A stretch of DNA of 64,000 nucleotides from Vicugna vicugna (taxonomy: Eukaryota). The notes beneath the pieces are model-generated. The model did no database searches and was not told where the DNA came from. It worked only from the letters and a program-made list of their open reading frames with translations. The position numbers and the translations under genes were made by a program. Shown here piece by piece: positions 61,931-64,000 of the stretch. The stretch's first letter is position 1; each line of letters opens with the position of its first letter. Location: positions 416,056 to 480,055 of the forward strand of contig MU058669.1 of the NCBI GenBank assembly GCA_013265495.1. Reading direction: 5' to 3'.

Positions 61931-62584
61931 CCAGGAAGCCAAAGTCTACCTTGGCACCTGTGGCAAAAAAAAAAAAAAAAAGCCTTTTTGGTTGTTTTCC
62001 TTCTCTCTGTGCAGTAGCTGCCAGCCCTCAGCTCCCACACCCTCAGGTCTTTGAAGGGAAAGATCTGCAGGGATACTGTTAGTCTTAACAAAAACAAATC
62101 AAAGGACTGATCACTCAGATCCAAATCTGAGTGTCTGCCTGCGGGGATCCACATCATTACTCACTGATGATTCAAGAGTCAGGCTCGGGGAGCCAGGCAG
62201 GGATGGGGTGATTTCTATTACAATGTTGCACTGAAGTGTTTCTCTAAATTATGCCTGTACCTCCATCTCTCCCTCCTTATCCAGCTGGGAACACACTCAG
62301 CAACCTCTCTGTTTTTGCGACCCCCTGCTCTGCTTCCCTCCCTGTTTCTTTTCTCTCCCATCAGCTCTCTCCTCTTTCCCAAAGCTTACTGCTCAGTGAT
62401 CTCTCAATAAAACATATTTCTGATAAAGTGTGTGATCCTGGGCAAGCCCTTTGCCTTGCACCCCTGAGTAGCCATTTCTGCCGCTTCTATAAATGAGATT
62501 AGAGCACTGATGAGGAAGTGGTGGCCCAGAGAGGGCATGATATCTGCCTAAGGTCACAAAGCAAGTGGATGGCTGGCACTGAAT

Positions 62585-62717
62585 CCATACAAAAGTACAA
62601 AGGTGGATACATGAACTGTCATGTATCCACCACTCAGTCTCAGTAAGTAGCAACTCATGACCAATCTTGTTTCATTACTCTTACCCACTTTCCCACTCCC
62701 AGATTGCTTGGAAGGAA
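62585..62717 (-). mobile_element. L1MC-like 3' fragment (copy A)
   Basis: CATACAAAAGTA...ATGAAC...CAACTCATGACCAATCTTGTTTCA. Confidence 0.75.
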
Positions 62718-63139
62718 TGGTGTCCTACAGTGCCCTTGCCTGGGCTTGCCCTTGAGCAGAGCAATGAAAGAAAAGTTCGCATTGGTGGTGGGGCGGTGGG
62801 GTGGCCTTTCAATTGCTGTGTCTCCCTCCTTCCCTCACTCTCCTGGCTCCCTAAATCCCACGTCCTACTTGGTCCTCTGCCTGTTGCTATCCTTTTCATT
62901 CTCTCCGGGTGCCCTGCTGAATCCCTGCCAAGGGACTAGGGGCTCAAAATGCTCTTCCAGATCACCGAAATTTAGAAGAGGTTTCCGGAAAAGCAATTCT
63001 TTCAAGCCCCAAAAGAAAGCCAAGCCTCTTGGAAAGGCTTTTTCAGACCCAGATTGTGTTGAGAGAGAGAGACATTTGTGCCTTCTTTCCCGGGTCACAC
63101 ACACAAAAAAAAAAAAAATACAGGGAGTATTTACTCTTC

Positions 63140-63918
63140 TAGAGAGAAAATTTCAAACCTATACAAAAGTATAATAAATATTAATGAACCCTTACATATT
63201 CATCGCCCAGCCTCAACAATTAGTAACTCATAGCCAATCTTGTTTCATTACTCTCACCCACTTTCCCTCTCCCAGATTACTCTGAAGGAAATCTCAGAAA
63301 TCATATACTGTTACATATTATTATAAATGAGCAAAGATGGCCTCTGTGTATTGGTTCCTAGCTTGTATACTTCTTCACTGCAAGCTGAGACCCATTAGCT
63401 TAAAAGTCCACAGGAGCCAAACTCAAATTTTTACATATCCAATTGCTTTCAAAATATCCCAAACAGGCAGATTTTTAGGCACTTAGGGACTGCCTGCTTT
63501 GCACACCCTGGAAACCTCACCCTGCACCAGACGACCATTGATAAGATGAGTCCTTGTGGTTTTGAGACCCCAAGCTGCCCTCCAAATTCCCTGACCCAGA
63601 GACTCCCCACCATACTGATGAGCAAGAGATATCATCTAGAAGCCTACACCCCCTCTCTAATCCCCTTCTCTCCTGGGTGTTCCTTTTCGCCTTCCCTGCC
63701 CTAAGCTCTGGTTGGTCTCCTGCTATGATGGACTTCATCTCTCATGCAATGGTCCAAGCATCACGCAATAAAGCTTGTTGCACATTAATGCTTCTTATAG
63801 TCATATGTTTTTCATTGATCAGTCCCCTAATCCCTCAAACCTCTTATAAGGATTTATTTCATCTGTAAAAATTTCACTATGTATTTCTAAATATAAGAAC
63901 TCTTTTAAAAACTACAAC
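63140..63918 (-). mobile_element. L1MC-like 3' fragment (copy B), interrupted by an LTR at 63309-63848
   Basis: GAAAATTTCAAACCTATACAAAAGTA...AAATCTCAGAAATCATAT, resuming after the LTR as ATTTCATCTGTAAAAATTTCACTATGTATTTCTAAA. Confidence 0.75.
63309..63848 (+). mobile_element. ERVL-type solo LTR (MER73/MER74-like)
   Basis: TGTT...GCAAAGATGGCCTCTG...GCTGAGACCCATTAGCT...CCAAACTCAAATTTTTACA..., with AATAAA at 63767-63772. Confidence 0.65.
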
Positions 63919-64000
63919 TGCCCATCAACAGATGGCTGGATTAAAAAGATGTGATATGTTTTTATATATATATATACGTATGTACGTATACATGTATACA
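63919..64000 (+). mobile_element. L1 fragment with an expanded TA/TG tract (runs off the window)
   Basis: TGCCCATCAACAGATGGCTGGATTAAAAAGATGTGATAT resembles the L1 ORF2 end. Confidence 0.75.

Noticed and set aside
1..64000. CRISPR arrays, operons, rRNA, intact transposase/RT genes or a novel multi-gene system
   Set aside because: The sequence is mammalian. There are no regularly spaced repeats, no long ORFs and no intact mobile-element coding regions.

Overview
Mammalian genomic DNA, most likely a camelid (alpaca, llama or camel), judged from a single Vic-1-like tRNA-derived SINE and no recognisable Alu, B1, Bov-tA, PRE-1 or Can-SINE. The only protein-coding sequence I can support is the first coding exon of GALNT10 (polypeptide GalNAc-transferase 10) on the minus strand: ATG at 16920, 53 codons, GT donor at 16761. 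It sits in a CpG-island promoter (about 16720-17650, with a CpG shoulder to about 18200). Bases 1-16761 are the start of the long GALNT10 intron 1, and about 17100-64000 is upstream intergenic DNA. The rest is mostly ancient eutherian repeats (MIR, L2, L1M fragments, MaLR/ERV solo LTRs, hAT and Tc2 MITEs) and microsatellites, between which lie several repeat-free, motif-dense blocks that look like enhancers or insulators. The other short ORFs in the track are chance frames. I found no convincing new biological system. The best leads are regulatory: a G4/hairpin next to the start codon, an upstream ORF ending in an AUGA overlap, candidate distal enhancers, CTCF motifs and strong G-quadruplexes. 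There are also some well-preserved nested transposon insertions. Repeat family names come from memory of consensus sequences and repeat boundaries are approximate; confirm both with RepeatMasker/Dfam.
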